A stretch of 64,000 bases of DNA from Paraspadella gotoi. Lineage: Eukaryota; Animalia; Chaetognatha. The stretch spans positions 9,168,432-9,232,431 of the forward strand of contig CM119263.1 of assembly GCA_051294375.1 (NCBI GenBank), given 5' to 3'. Of the stretch, positions 39,978 to 53,399 are shown one piece after another; the stretch's first letter is position 1; each line of letters begins with the position of its first letter. The notes under the pieces are model-generated. The model did not search any database and was not told the DNA's origin. It worked only from the letters and a program-made list of their open reading frames with translations. A program made the translations under genes and the position numbers.

Positions 39978-41436
39978 GAGAGAGGAGAGAGAGAGAGCGA
40001 GAGAGAGAGAAGAGAGAGAGAAGAGCGGAATACAGAAATTAGAAGAGAGAGAGAGAGAGAAATTAAACGTTCGGCCGGACGTTAAACCATTTTATGTCGT
40101 CAAATTTGATTAGGCTGAAAGAAGGGAAATTTTAACGAAATTATAATAAATGTGAAGGAGATTTAAAAAACGGAAAAGTCTGCTTATACGCAGACTTCCC
40201 GTCGCGTCGATACGCTGAAGCACGATTTGCTCTATCGTTTGTTGGCTCCTTTGTTATCATTTCCTGTCCATTTTTGTAATCCCCAGCGAGTTGGTGAGGC
40301 TTGGTCGTGGACAATTTGGCATCCCGCCTATCCCTCTATTCAAAATTTGCGCACTCTGATACGCCGGCTAGCCATTCAATATTCGCCCAAAGTCATTCGA
40401 AATTTCTCAACGCCGTTCTGGAGACGCCAACTAGTTCGTGCGAGCGATATCCGCGTCCACATTTTTCCTGGCCACCGATGTGGACGTTTGGACGCTTTCA
40501 ATATGATTGTGTCCCCAATTAGTGGAAAATGCTTAAAATTTTTACGGTATGAAATTCGACCCCGACCGAAACCGTTTGTTATGTTTATTAGTCCGAGAGA
40601 TTAGTGACGGATGAGCTTAAATTTCACATTAAATTCAACGTAGTTTTTTAAAGCTCGACTGCAAAAAATTTTAAGCAAAATTCTCGAAGACGAAATAAGA
40701 AATGCTCGATTTAAAAAAAGACGCCATTTGTTCCGCACTTATTTATTGTCTCTTTTCGAACTCAAAATATTCTGGAACGTTCCATTCTAAAGTCAATGAA
40801 AATGTTCGATAAATCATTCTTGTTCATTTCATCAAATAAAGCCCTTGTCTGCAATAGAGAGCGGTCTGCAAAAGAAACGAGCAGAGAGGAGGAGACGAAG
40901 TGGTAGACAGCGAAGAGATGGGAGAGGAAGACGAATCGAGGATGATGAGAAGACGAGACGAGAGAGAGAGAGAACAGAGAGAGTGGAGACACGAGAGAGA
41001 AGGGCGGAGAGATGAGATGAGAGAGAGGGACGGGAGAGAGAGAAAGAAAGAGGAGAGAGAGAGAGAGAGAGAGAGGAGTAGGAGAGAGAGAGGAAAGAGG
41101 AGAGAGATGTAATATAGATTTTATTTTTAGGATATTAAGCGAAGAAAAAAATGGGGGCTCATACCGCGTTGGATTAAGCCCGGCGGGTTTCCCTTTTATT
41201 TGCGCGTCATTGAAACGCGAGCGGCGTCCGCGCCCCCGCGGGGCGAAACGCCGGGGGAGCGTTTACACTTATCCGATTATCCGTCGCTCTATTGTATCCT
41301 CTTTTAGAGTTATATTCATTAACCTATATGCCTGACATTTGAATGGGAATTTAGCGGTTGATCAAAATGTGGAAGTGAGACGCGTTCGAACGGCCCATGA
41401 AAAACGAAGAGAGAGAGAGAGATGAGAGATAGAGAG

Positions 41437-41478
<42 letters not shown>

Positions 41479-41741
41479 GAGAGAGAGAGGAGAGAGAGAG
41501 AGAATTGACGACCGACGACGATGATTCGAATGAACGGAGACGATTAAAAGACGATTGGTGACGAAATAAAGTCGACGATGAGATGACGACGACGATGAGC
41601 GGACGACATTTAGCCGGTGGACTAGAATAAGGAACCTCAAAGATCCTCAGAGGAATAAGAAGGACCATTAAGCCATTTCAAGCGACACACGGCTAGGTAT
41701 TAGTTAAGTTCTCACTCGTCGAGGCGCCGGTTCGAACTTAC

Positions 41742-41915
41742 CTTAACTTGACTTTCAGTCATTCCAAAGAATACGCCAGCCTCGCTCGCACGGTCCCGCC
41801 AAGTACTTGGTTTGTTCGAAAGTCTTTTCCAAAGCAAAAAATTGGTGACCGGAGAAGGTTTGGCGGGGTGCTTCTTTTTGCCGTCTCTTGTCGACCGTTT
41901 AAGTGTCGGCGGAAA
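41742..41915 (-). CDS. Nkx6: Nkx6 exon 2 (homeodomain N-terminal arm to the start of helix 3); contains several 1-nt indels
   Basis: Acceptor TTCCAG| and donor AAG|GTAAGT. Read across the indels it gives DGKKKH(TR.T)[22 protein letters not shown](E)RARLAYSL(G)MTESQVK, nearly identical to the Nkx6 homeodomain. The intron follows QVK, as in known Nkx6 genes. Confidence 0.9.
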
Positions 41916-43035
41916 CTGGAAGGTAAGGACAGTAAGTAAGTGAATTCGTTGCTTTTCGTGATGAGAGTTGAAAAAATAAGCTATTAGGACATCACACAAA
42001 ACGTCGCCAACGGAAAAAAAAAATTGCGACAATTTAATATCAATTTTCTTTCAAAGCTATTTAAAGTCCTTCTTCATTATAACTCATTTCCATTTATCTT
42101 TTACACTTTTTTGTCGTCTCTTTCTGTATCTCTAGTTTGTTTCTGGCTTCTCTTTTTCTCGTTATACTCAATTTCTCTTTCCTCACCCCTCATTCCGCTC
42201 TCCTTCTCTCCTCCCTTCTTTCTTCCCGTCACATCATTTTATCCTCTCGACTCGTGACGCTCCGCAACGTTTCTCGGTCCCGTAACCAAAATCCGCTACT
42301 CCATTCCGCGGGTCGTAACGGCCGTCAATGTAAGACGGACGCCCGGCGTCACGCCGCCCATCTTGTATCCCCCACCCTAACACTCCCACCCCACTCACGC
42401 CGCAACCCCTGACGAATTAACAACCCCGTTCGGACGTCGTTTTACATTCCAGAATCTTCATTGTCCGGTCGTTCGAATCGGGCGTCGCCGAGGCGCGAAG
42501 ACGCCGCCGCCCGTAACATGGCCGACTAAGCCGACACGGTCGCCGACGCCGCCACTAAATCCCGAAGCCTCGAGGCGTTGTAGGTCGAACGGAAAAAAAC
42601 TCGCATTATTTTTCCTTTCGGCGAATCTCGGGCGAAGAAGTGAGAAGAAGAAAAGGGATTTTAAAGGAACTGGCGATTCGAAGCGGATAAAGAGATCTGG
42701 TTATCGTATCATATGCTAAACAGTAAATATAAATAGAAATATACAAAAAATATGGAATATAATGAATATAAAAATATTAACAGGATATTAAAAATGATCG
42801 GGAAGATAGCGAGAACATTTGAAAGCCAACTGGAATAGTGAATACCAATACTTGACTTCCATCTTTAAAAATCAATACGGATTTTATTTTTAGAAGAGAC
42901 ATTAAATTGTCATATATGCTCCCTTACAATATAGAACTGCAGAGATGGTAATAACTAGCAGCTGCTTTTTCTAATTTCTGTATTCCGCTCTTCTCTCTCT
43001 CTTCTCTCTCTCTCGCTCTCTCTCTCTCCTCTCTC

Positions 43036-43070
<35 letters not shown>

Positions 43071-43322
43071 CTCATAGAAATTCGTAACTGAAAAGTAGCC
43101 TCGTTTTCCGTCGCATAGAAAAAACATTAGGAGAGCCGTTTATATTTATTTTCGTTGTTACTCAAAAAAATGTTGATGAGCCATAACATTGATGGATTCA
43201 TGGTGGCTCGGTCTTCGACGCTAGCGCCAACTGCCCGCGAGACTCTCGCTATTTTCTACTCTTTCTCTCTCTTTCTCTCTCTCTCTCCTTTCTCTCTCTC
43301 TCTCTCTCTCCTCTCTCTCTCG

Positions 43323-43355
<33 letters not shown>

Positions 43356-43930
43356 GCTCCCTATCTTCCGTCGGTCACTAGCTCGCTATCTCCGTCCCTC
43401 GCTATCCCGCGTCTTTTTTTACTCGTTTTAACGAAACTCTTTCCAGGAAAGCGTTTTTGGGTCTCCAGGGGGCGGGGAAAAAGAGGGGAAGGAGGGCAAT
43501 ACTTTTTCAATAGGCAAAGATGAGGTGCGCGCGGTTGCGTTTTAAGAGGGGGCGTGCGTGCGCCGAACGGTCGGGGGGTGAGATAGAGAGAGAGGTAGAG
43601 AGAGAGAGAGGAGAAGAGAGAGAGAAATTAACGTCGGCCGGACGGTAAACCATTTTTATGTCGTCAAAATTATTAGGCTGAAAGAAGGAAATTTTAACGA
43701 AATTATAATAATGTGAGAGGAATTTAAAAAAACGAAAAAGTCTGCTTATGAAAAAGGAGGGTAAAATTTATTTCAAGCGTATGGGAAATACTATGAGATA
43801 ATTACATAGTACTTTGTTAAAATAAAAAAATTGTGGAATAGAATATGGTAAAAACAATGAAAAGATTTGGATGAATGTACAGTTGAGCAAGGAGAGAGAG
43901 AGAGGAGAAGAAGAGAGAGAGAGAGAAGAG

Positions 43931-43963
<33 letters not shown>

Positions 43964-46900
43964 GCAGAGAGAGAGAGACGAGAGAAGAGAGAGAGAGAGA
44001 GTGCAGGAGAGAGGCATATGGTTGACTTTACCGCCCACTGGTCTCGACCATGAAATAGGCCAGCCCATGAGGTGACCCCGTAGGGAACCTCGGGCGGCGG
44101 AGTAGGTTCGCTCTCTCTTCCGCGGGGTCTTCACGGGACGAAAATGACTCCTCCTCCTCAATTCACCGCCTTTCGCTCCTTTTCCGCGGTTCATTCGTGA
44201 GACTTCGTCGATTATTTTGGCCGATTTTCTCTTTTTCTCTCTTCAATTTCTCCAAGCTCTCTCTTTATGCTTTTCGGTTTAGTTATTACTTTTTTCTGTC
44301 TACTGGGCAGGGGTAGCCGCACTCAATGGGTGAGTCAAAAATTTAGAGTGAGTACATGCTCAACGAATATTTAGACTTTTTAAGAATTACTTTCAATAGA
44401 CAAAAAAATTCCTAATATTGGCTCTATACCCTTAGTAATTATTTTTATACAGTACCGGAACCTAGAAGTCGTAGTCTGTCATGTAATTTTACTTGTCCAT
44501 TTATAGATTAAATGGCTTAGGATTTTATAGGAAGCTTATGCTAGATGTCTGGCTGATTGCCCATTTTAGCAATTTTTTTAAATAAATAATCCTAAACCAC
44601 TACAAAATAGAGTCAAATTTTTTTGTTTAAAAACTTGCTAAACTCTAATAAATTTTGAAATTTTTTTTTTTAAATTTTGCTAACTTGTACTCAAGAGGGT
44701 TTGTAACTTCTGTAAAATATTGTTACTATAAACAAATTTTTTTGCTATTTTATCAGTGCTGAGTATTTTAGATGGAGTCATTTTTTCAATGATGCATAAC
44801 TTCCTTATTTGCAAATATTATGGTTTTAAATTTTAGTAATAGTGGGCCTTGGGTTAGTCCTGCAATACATATAAATTCAGTCATTTTTAAAAACCTTATG
44901 GCACGGTCCAAATTTTTTTACAAAATTCAATTGTCAATCCTGCTTCCTAAAAATATTATTGCAAATATTGCTTATTCTTTGCTATAAATCAGTTAAAACA
45001 TATTGAAAAATAAGGCTAAAGCAAAAAATTTTTCTCAACCATTTTTAAAAAACTCGTTTGCACAATTTATTTATTATAACAGATAAGGAAAGGCCAAAAA
45101 TTTTTTGTAGATGATAAATTTTAAAACAGATTCAGATAGCTCATTAAAAAGTTGTCTACACAAAGTATAATTCTTTTTTTAAATATTTTTACGATAAGTG
45201 TGTCAAAAATAAGAAAACCGTAAAAAAAATCATTATCATATCTTTCGTGATTTTATCAGTTTTTTATAATTTTCACTGAGAAAATGTAAGAATTTTTAAA
45301 AGCTGTAATTTATATTTCTTGTTTAACTTTTACTACTCTATTAGAATCCTTCAAAAAATTTTAAGATTTAAAAAAATAATTTTTTGCTCTTTATAGTAAT
45401 ATAATATTATTAGGCTAGTACAAAAAATATTTATTACCATAATCTATGGTCGCATGATAGATTATTTTAATACTGTATACATTACATTTAATTTCATTGG
45501 CTATGGCTAACTATGCGGGAAAAATGGTTAGGTTGAATATTCGACAAATATTAGAAAAGTTACATTAATTACAAGTTCTAATTTTCATAGTAAGATGTAA
45601 TTAAAATACTTATTACAATTTTTATGCCTACGTATTTACAAGGTTTAATGATGAAATCATTTAAAGGAAAAAATAATAATGATTTATTTCTAGATTCATT
45701 AATAACTAAGGTATTTTAAGATACATATACGTGATGGACAATTGGTTGATTAATTTTATGCTGTTTTTGTTCTGAAACATTTCTCTACTTCTACCTATTT
45801 CAAATTCCATGTAAGATTGGTGAATGACATGGATAAAGTTTTTTTAGCTTTGAGAACATCATGATTTTGGGAGCAACGAGGAGAGGGTTTCACGAAGGCA
45901 TCGTCGTCCTCCCCTTTACTCGTCTCTTCCCCGTCAGCTCGCGGGATCTCGGGGTTCAGAATTCGTCACAAAAATTATTCTCTTACATTTGGCCTCGTCC
46001 CCATGGCTATAACGTTTACTCTCTGTCTCAAATTTTGTCTGCCTTTATTTTGTGGGGTAATTCTCCATCTGATTTTTATCAGTAATATCAATTTAAAAAA
46101 ACGCCCACATAAAAAATTTATTTTTCGTCGAGGATGCGAGTTGAAAAATTTCATTGAGTAATTTTCTTAGAATTTAGTAGAACATCGATTATTTGAGAAA
46201 CCAACAACAAAGGACAAAAAAGCCCTAAGCAGGCAACAGATAGGACAAAAAACAATAACACAACAACAACAATCAACGGTTAATATATTTGACAACTGAC
46301 CGTTTGTGCATCCTTGGCTGGACCCTTCAATTATTATGATTTTCGGGAAAGCAAGAGAGAGAGCGAAGAAACAGAGAGAGAAACCCGAAAACAAGGAGAA
46401 GATAAGAGAGAAAGAGATGAGAAGTAAGAACCGCGGGTAAAGTCGCACAATAGACCCGCGGACATCGACCGTCGCGGTAGAGAAAGGGAGAGGATGCTCG
46501 CCTCATTTTCGAGAGTCACCGAACGCGGATGACCTCCGACTTTCGACCGCCGGTAAGAGAGAGAGGACGGAAGGAGAGGGAAGCCTTTTGGTCGTCTCGC
46601 GGCTCGGTCGATTGTCGACCAACCCCATGAGAGAGAGAGAGAGGAGAGAGGAGAGAGGAGAAGGATAGATNNNNNNNNNNNNNNNNNNNNNNNNNGAGAG
46701 AGAGAGAGAGAAAGCGTCGAAACAGACGCGACCTCAAGGCGCTTTTGAAAACCGGAAGCCAAACCATCATGAAGACCCGAGGAACAAAATAGAGGAAAAA
46801 AGGAGGAAACGGAAAAGAAAAAAAAAAGAAAAGAAAGAAGTAGAAAGGAGGAAAAGTTAAGAAAATGGAAGACTGAAGCTGAAGAAAAGGTCAGGGGTTA

Positions 46901-49900
46901 AGAGGGTGGGGAGAAGAAAAAAGGGAGAGATGGAGACGTTGGGGGCGTGGTCGTGTGGGAGAGAAAAGGAACTGAAAGGGATAGATTCTGTGAGGGTTGT
47001 GACTTGTGAGATGGTGAATTGTCGAGACAAAGAAAAAAGACGGTTGTTGTAAGAAAAAGGGTAAATAGCTGAGGTTTTAGATGGTTTAGTAATAAAAAAA
47101 CAATTGAGTTTAGACCAAGTTAAATACGTCGAGTTATGTGTTCTCAGCGGCTGGAAAGAAAGGCTGGGCTCTCTGCTGTGATTATGAGGGTTGGGGCGAC
47201 TAAAATATGAGGTCAGGTTGAGATAGAAAAGGTTTCAGTTGAGAAAAATGGTTTTTGGACCGAGGGAAGGCGCTATGACGTGGGAGTGTCGGGTTGAAAG
47301 GGAGGGGCGATGGGGGTCAAATCTTTTCAGTCGACCTTCGCGACAACGACGACGACGACGACAACGACGACGAATATCGTGACGAACTCGGAGGTTAACT
47401 GCGAAGAAAAAAAAGTAAAAAAATGACGTCCCAATGTCAAAGAAAGGAAAATTCAAAAAGGAAAATGGAAAGTAAAGAAAGGAAAAGAAGGAAAGTGGAA
47501 CTCAAAGGGAATGAAAACTAAATCAACAATAGACGATAACGGATTTATAAGGTAACCATAGAAACGACAGACGCGAAACCGGACGACGACGAAGACGCGC
47601 GAGAGAAACGGACTTCGTCGATGGAACCGAAGAAGATTAGGGAGGCGAGCAAAGGTGGCATCGGTGGCGCGAAAAATGAGGAAGAGGAGGAGGAGGAGGA
47701 GGAGGAAAGGAAGGAAAGGCTCGAAAAGAAGGTTGGACGGGCGAGAAGATGGCGCTGGAAGCGACGTCGGCGTCGAGCGGCGTCGGGCGGCGACAGACAA
47801 AGACTTCGAACCGGTGGTGTCGGTGGTGGTGGTAAGACAGCGTTGGGGGTGGTGGGGGCATCGACGGAAGTGGCGACTAAAAAGGAAAAGGAAAAAAAAG
47901 CGAAAGTAAACGCGTTTTCTTCGTTTCAAGATGGCGCCGTTCAACATGACTGTCGTCTTCATGACGCGTTCCACCTGACGCCGAAAAAAGCGATCAACGA
48001 GTGGTTAAAAGACAAAAGACGTCGCCCGGCTTGTCGGCCGACGACGACGACGACGAAAACGACGAGATGTAAACAAAACGTGGAAACAATCGGATAAACA
48101 AGTGGAAACGAGGACAAAAGAAAGAGGAGGGAAAAATCGTCTCAGTCTTTTCAAATTGCCCTCTCTCTCTCTCTCTCTCTCTCTCTCATCCTCTCTCTCC
48201 TCTCTCCTCGCTCCTCTCTCTTCTCTCTCTCCTCCTCTCTCTCTCTTCCCCCCTCTTTCCTCTCTGTCGTTTAGAGGCTTAATCGTGCATAAGAGATTCT
48301 TCACTTTCTTACCTTCACGAAGAGAAAGAGAGAGTAAGAGAGAGAGACAAAGACAGAGACAGAGAGAAAGGAAAAAAATGGGACAGTGAGATAGTAAATT
48401 GACCCAACCTCGTCCCCTTAAAAAAGATTGGTTGACCGAAAAAAGACAGGAGGAGGTGAGAGGCGTCGCGAAGTCTAATTGATCGAGAGAATGAATGCGT
48501 CTCGATATTCGACGCCGGCGTCTGCGCTCGATTCCATCGCGCCGGCGCCGCTCCAGCGACAGCGCCGCAGCGGCGCCGCGTCGGCGACGGTCAAAGAGTA
48601 AAGGAGCGAATTAAAGAGGATGGAAGGACGAATTGAGATTGAAGAATCGCCGGAGCAAAGGGCGAACTCATGCGGGGAGAGGGAAAAAGGGATGGGGAGA
48701 GAAAGGAAGGTGGGGCGAGGGAGACGAAAGGATGAAAGAGACAAAGAAAAGAGGTGTGAGGAGGAAGAGCTTGAGAAGGAGAAAATACGTGAAAGAAGAT
48801 AAAAAGAAAACAAAGAAAGGAAAAATTTAATGTAAAAAAAAAATGTAAAAAAAGTATTAAGAGGCAAACTCAAAGAACAAAGGCGGGCGAGGCAGTTCTG
48901 GATCGTGTCGGAAATGAAGCCAAAGCGAAATGAAAATGAAGTGAGGTTTGGATTGAAGGAAGCAAAGGGCGTAATAGAAATAAAGTGAGGTAAGTCGATA
49001 TTATTCTAAATCGGGCGAAGCGAATCGAATCGAATCGAAGCCATAAGAAGATGAGGTTGAGGAGGAGGAGGAGGAGGAGGAGGAGAAGGAGGAGGAGGAG
49101 GAGCAGGAGCTGTTCAAGCCTCGTAATCGTGTCCTGCGGGCGGAAAACGAGCGGATCCGCCTTTCGATCGTCTCCCCGTAAACGATGACGTTAACGGCGT
49201 CGATTCGGCTTCGTATCCGCTTTAGNNNNNNNNNNNNNNNNNNNNNNNNNNNNNNNNNNNNNNNNNNNNNNNNNNNNNNNNNNNNNNNNNNNNNNNNNNN
49301 NNNNNNNNNNNNNNNNNNNNNNNNNNNNNNNNNNNNNNNNNNNNNNNNNNNNNNNNNNNNNNNNNNNNNNNNNNNNNNNNNNNNNNNNNNNNNNNNNNNN
49401 NNNNNNNNNNNNNNNNNNNNNNNNNNNNNNNNNNNNNNNNNNNNNNNNNNNNNNNNNNNNNNNNNNNNNNNNNNNNNNNNNNNNNNNNNNNNNNNNNNNN
49501 NNNNNNNNNNNNNNNNNNNNNNNNNNNNNNNNNNNNNNNNNNNNNNNNNNNNNNNNNNNNNNNNNNNNNNNNNNNNNNNNNNNNNNNNNNNNNNNNNNNN
49601 NNNNNNNNNNNNNNNNNNNNNNNNNNNNNNNNNNNNNNNNNNNNNNNNNNNNNNNNNNNNNNNNNNNNNNNNNNNNNNNNNNNNNNNNNNNNNNNNNNNN
49701 NNNNNNNNNNNNNNNNNNNNNNNNNNNNNNNNNNTTGGAGAAATAGGCCAAGCGACTACAGCACAAAGGCAAAAAAAAAACTCCAATGACAACGGCTCGG
49801 TCTCGCTCTATCTGTCTCGCTCTCCATCTCTCTCGCGAAATGATTTGAACACAAAAGAAAATAGGATTATGCGAAAACGACGAAGACGTAAGAAAGCAAT

Positions 49901-50786
49901 AACGACGACGACGACGACAAAAATGAGAACGAAGACGTCGGGATGCAATATATATTCGCCCCGGCGATGGTTATGGCCGCTGGCGATATCAATGTCAAAG
50001 ATGAAAGATTGAAACATGTGTGACGAGCCTTTGAGACGGAGGGAGATCGGGCGGGAGGAAGGAAAGAGAAAAGGAAAAAAAAGTTGGTTGTGGAAGAAGG
50101 AATTCTGCTTAACTCATTCATTCTTTCATTTATACATTGTTGAGCCAAAAAAAAAAACGCTTTTAAAGAATGCAATTGATTGACGTCCAATTCGTTTTCG
50201 CTATCTTTAGCTGTAGCTGTAGCTTCTTCTTCCATCTCTCTTACTCTTAATATCATGAGCACACATCGACCGACATGGCGGCTATAAATGTCGACCAATC
50301 ATACCCTTCCCAAATCTTCGTACGTTCCAAATTTTCAACCTTCTTTCCATTAAGAACATTCTTACTTACTTTTCAAATTTTGTTTTACTCTCTTTAGTTT
50401 TTTCCTTGTAATTTCTCTTTTCTCTGCCATAGTTTTTAGCCATTTTCCCAATATATCCCCCCTTTCTTTCCCGCTGCCCCCGAATTTGTCTCTCTTTTTT
50501 TCCTTATTCCCTTCTCCATTTTTCCCTTTTCAAGGAAAAAAAAGGTTCTTGCCGGATGCGGGCTTTTCTCGGGGTCGCCTCGGGCGAAAAACCAGGAGAG
50601 ATCTGCTCCTTGGATGAACAAATGCCGGCAGAGAGAGAGAGAGAGAGAGAGNNNNNNNNNNNNNNNNNNNNNNNNNNNNNNNNNNNNNNNNNNNNNNNNN
50701 NNNNNNNNNNNNNNNNNNNNNNNNNNNNNNNNNNNNNNNNNNNNNNNNNNNNNNNNNNNNNNNNNNNNNNNNNNNNNNNNNNNNNN

Positions 50787-50822
<36 letters not shown>

Positions 50823-51138
50823 AGAGCCAAAAAAGATAAGGGACCTCTCTTTTCTCCTTATCTTGCGGTCCTTTTTTCCGATCTTGAGTCGTCGTCCATT
50901 TAATGATGTGATCGTCTTTATTTTCTCTCTTTTCTTGAACAGACTATTAGGCCTTTGGTCATTGGTCAATGCTTTTTTTCCCCTTTCATTCATTCATTTA
51001 ACGATTTCGGGGTTGAATCAATTAGTCGACAGAGTTGTCCGCAAGGACCATCGACTTTTCGGAAATTTATTCACACGTCCATCCATGTCTTGAATTATCC
51101 TTTCACTCATCCATTCATTAGTTCTTTCGTTCATTCAC
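41916..51138 (-). other. Nkx6: Nkx6 intron 1 (about 9.2 kb as assembled, phase 1)
   Basis: GT donor at 51138 and CAG acceptor at 41918-41916 on the minus strand, between the two recognised exons. Confidence 0.8.
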
Positions 51139-52006
51139 CTGGAGAATATCGTTGATCCCTCGTCCAGGGATTGCCCGTCAGCATGGCGCCCGGCCAGTAG
51201 AGAGGCCTGCCCGACAAGTCGGCCAGCGGCTTCCCGAACCGCGCCTGATTCAGGTACATGGAGGCTGCGGCGGCGGCGGAGAGTCGGTTGGGCAGCTGCG
51301 ACGCGGCGGCGGCGGCGGAGGCGGCCGAGAGGGCGGCGGCGGCGGCGGAACAGGCGGACATGGAGGTGGGGCCGGCAGAGGGCCGAGAGAGGATATCGTC
51401 TATGCGATGGGAGAGGCCGGGAGCCGAGGAGGAGGAAGAGGAAGATGAACCGGAGGAAGAGGATACGGCGGGAGGGGAGGAAGGGGAGGAGGGTGAGCTG
51501 GTGGCCGCCGGGTGATGGTGGTGAGTGGGTGGAGCCGGAGGCGATCCCGGATTCGACTCCGACGACGACGTCGTCGACAACGCCGATGAGGAGGAGTTGT
51601 GTCCGCCTCCGCCGCCGCCGCCGCCGATGGAAAGATGACTGGATGACGACGACGTTGGCGGGAGATTGTCGAGGGAGAGGGGGTGGTGATGATGATGATG
51701 CTTCAGTCCTTGCTGCAGCGCGTTGTAGTGACTGTTGGCCGAGGCGGCCGACTGCAGCATCGCGGCGGCGTGGGCGGCGGCCGTCTTCATCTCCGTCATG
51801 CTCTGCAGCGCCGCCAGCGGGGCCGACCCTAGCACGAAGGCGCTCGAGGCCGGGATTCCGCCGCCACCGCTGCCGCCGCCTCCGGCGCCGCCGCTTCCGC
51901 CGCCGCAACCGCGCTGGTGCTGAGCCAGCTGGGCTTCGAGACCGCCCACGGAAGCGGCGGCCGACGCCAGCCCGGCGGCCGCGGCGGTGTTCAGCATGGA
52001 CAGCAT
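51139..52006 (-). CDS. Nkx6: Nkx6-family (HGTX/Nkx6.x) homeobox transcription factor, coding exon 1
   Basis: GC-rich open frame from CAAAATG (ATG at 52006). It encodes MLSMLN...SAFVLGSAPLAALQSMTEMK (Nkx6 N-terminal motif), HRIDDILSRP (TN/eh1 Groucho-binding motif) and KPLADLSGRPLYWPG...PW.RD.R (Nkx6 pre-homeodomain block), plus poly-A/G/H/S tracts. It ends at a phase-1 donor CCAG|GTGAAT (51138). Confidence 0.93.
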
Positions 52007-53297
52007 TTTGGAAGGTTGGGTCGAGAAGTGGAGGAGAGCGATCGGAGGAGNNNNNNNNNNAAGACGAGGGTTCGGTCTGTGGGCGAAGGATGTGGGCAAA
52101 GGATGTGGGCGAAGATGCGCACGAAGGGATGGAAAATGTGGTCAGTTTTGTGGTCGGAACTAAGAACAAAATGCTTTGGCGACGGAGATTCTCGACGAGA
52201 AGGAAAAATGTTCCTTTTCTTTCCTCCTTTTTTTNNNNNNNNNNNNNNNNNNNNNNNNNNNNNNNNNNNNNNNNNNNNNNNNNNNNNNNNNNNNNNNNNN
52301 NNNNNNNNNNNNNNNNNNNNNNNNNNNNNNNNNNNNNNNNNNNNNNNNNNNNNNNNNNNNNNNNNNNNNNNNNNNNNNNNNNNNNNNNNNNNNNNNNNNN
52401 NNNNNNNNNNNNNNNNNNNNNNNNNNNNNNNNNNNNNNNNNNNNNNNNNNNNNNNNNNNNNNNNNNNNNNNNNNNNNNNNNNNNNNNNNNNNNNNNNNNN
52501 NNNNNNNNNNNNNNNNNNNNNNNNNNNNNNNNNNNNNNNNNNNNNNNNNNNNNNNNNNNNNNNNNNGGGGGGACGGTTCGGAGAATAAAAAAACGATGGA
52601 AGTTTTATCGCCCATCACCAATGAAAAAGGAGGATCGACTCATTTCTCTCTCTTTCTCTGTCTTTCTCTCTCTCTCTTTCTGTCTCTCTGTCACTCTGTT
52701 TCTCTTTCTTCATTTCTTTTTCTCTCACTCTCTGTCTTTCCCTCTCTCTCCGCTGTTATTTTCAGTGCTATTTTCTAACCTCTCTTCGTTTATAATCTAT
52801 GATATCCAATCGATTTATTTAGTGAACGAATAATGAATGAATAATAAAATAATTTCTGTTGTGGCGTACAACTTAAAGCTGCCTCGCCACTGTCCCTTAC
52901 TCAGCCTCGTACTGCTACGATGCTAAATTAATCCTTGGCGAACCCGCTCATAATGACATACCCGTCAATTTGGCCGTAAGGCCTGCCGGCGCACCGGCGA
53001 TTGGAATCCCTGCCGAGTGGCCCCATCCGGCATGCTTGCTGGTGCTACAGGACGCGTGGTCGCGCTCCAGTTCCTACCACCCTGCCTGCTCGTTCCCCTC
53101 TTCGACAGCGCTCGTGCGTTCGGATACGACCCAAATTGGAGTATACCCTCCCGCAACCCTACCCCTGCTCGAACGCCGCCACCGATTGCATGACTCTAGT
53201 CCGTGGTCCAATAAGATAATAGTTTATTAATTTCCGAAATTCTGCAGATTTTCAACTGTTAAAATAAACCTCTCTCTCAGTCTCCTCTCTCTCTCAT

Positions 53298-53333
<36 letters not shown>

Positions 53334-53399
53334 ACATGCCCTCCTCGCGAGCAATTTTCGGTCACCTCGATCTTGCTTCCGTTCGTTCGCTACTCTCTC

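Larger units (their letters stand above)
32331..42967 (+). repeat. Direct duplication 32331-35110 / 40189-42967 containing Nkx6 exon 2
   Basis: Identical ORF translations at a constant offset of 7858 up to the gap at 34041, then indel-rich similarity. Confidence 0.95.
35152..47890. repeat. Large inverted duplication 35152-40044 / 42969-47890
   Basis: Mirror ORF pairs with coordinate sum 83013 (38819/44194, 36928/46085, 39886/43127). It appears exact over 36343-40044 vs 42969-46670 and is noisy beyond the 25-N gap at 46671. Confidence 0.95.

Noticed and set aside
51135-52833. Long overlapping ORFs 51135-52169 (-) and 51445-52833 (+)
   Set aside because: They are shadow frames of the GC-rich Nkx6 exon 1, extended by N-gaps.
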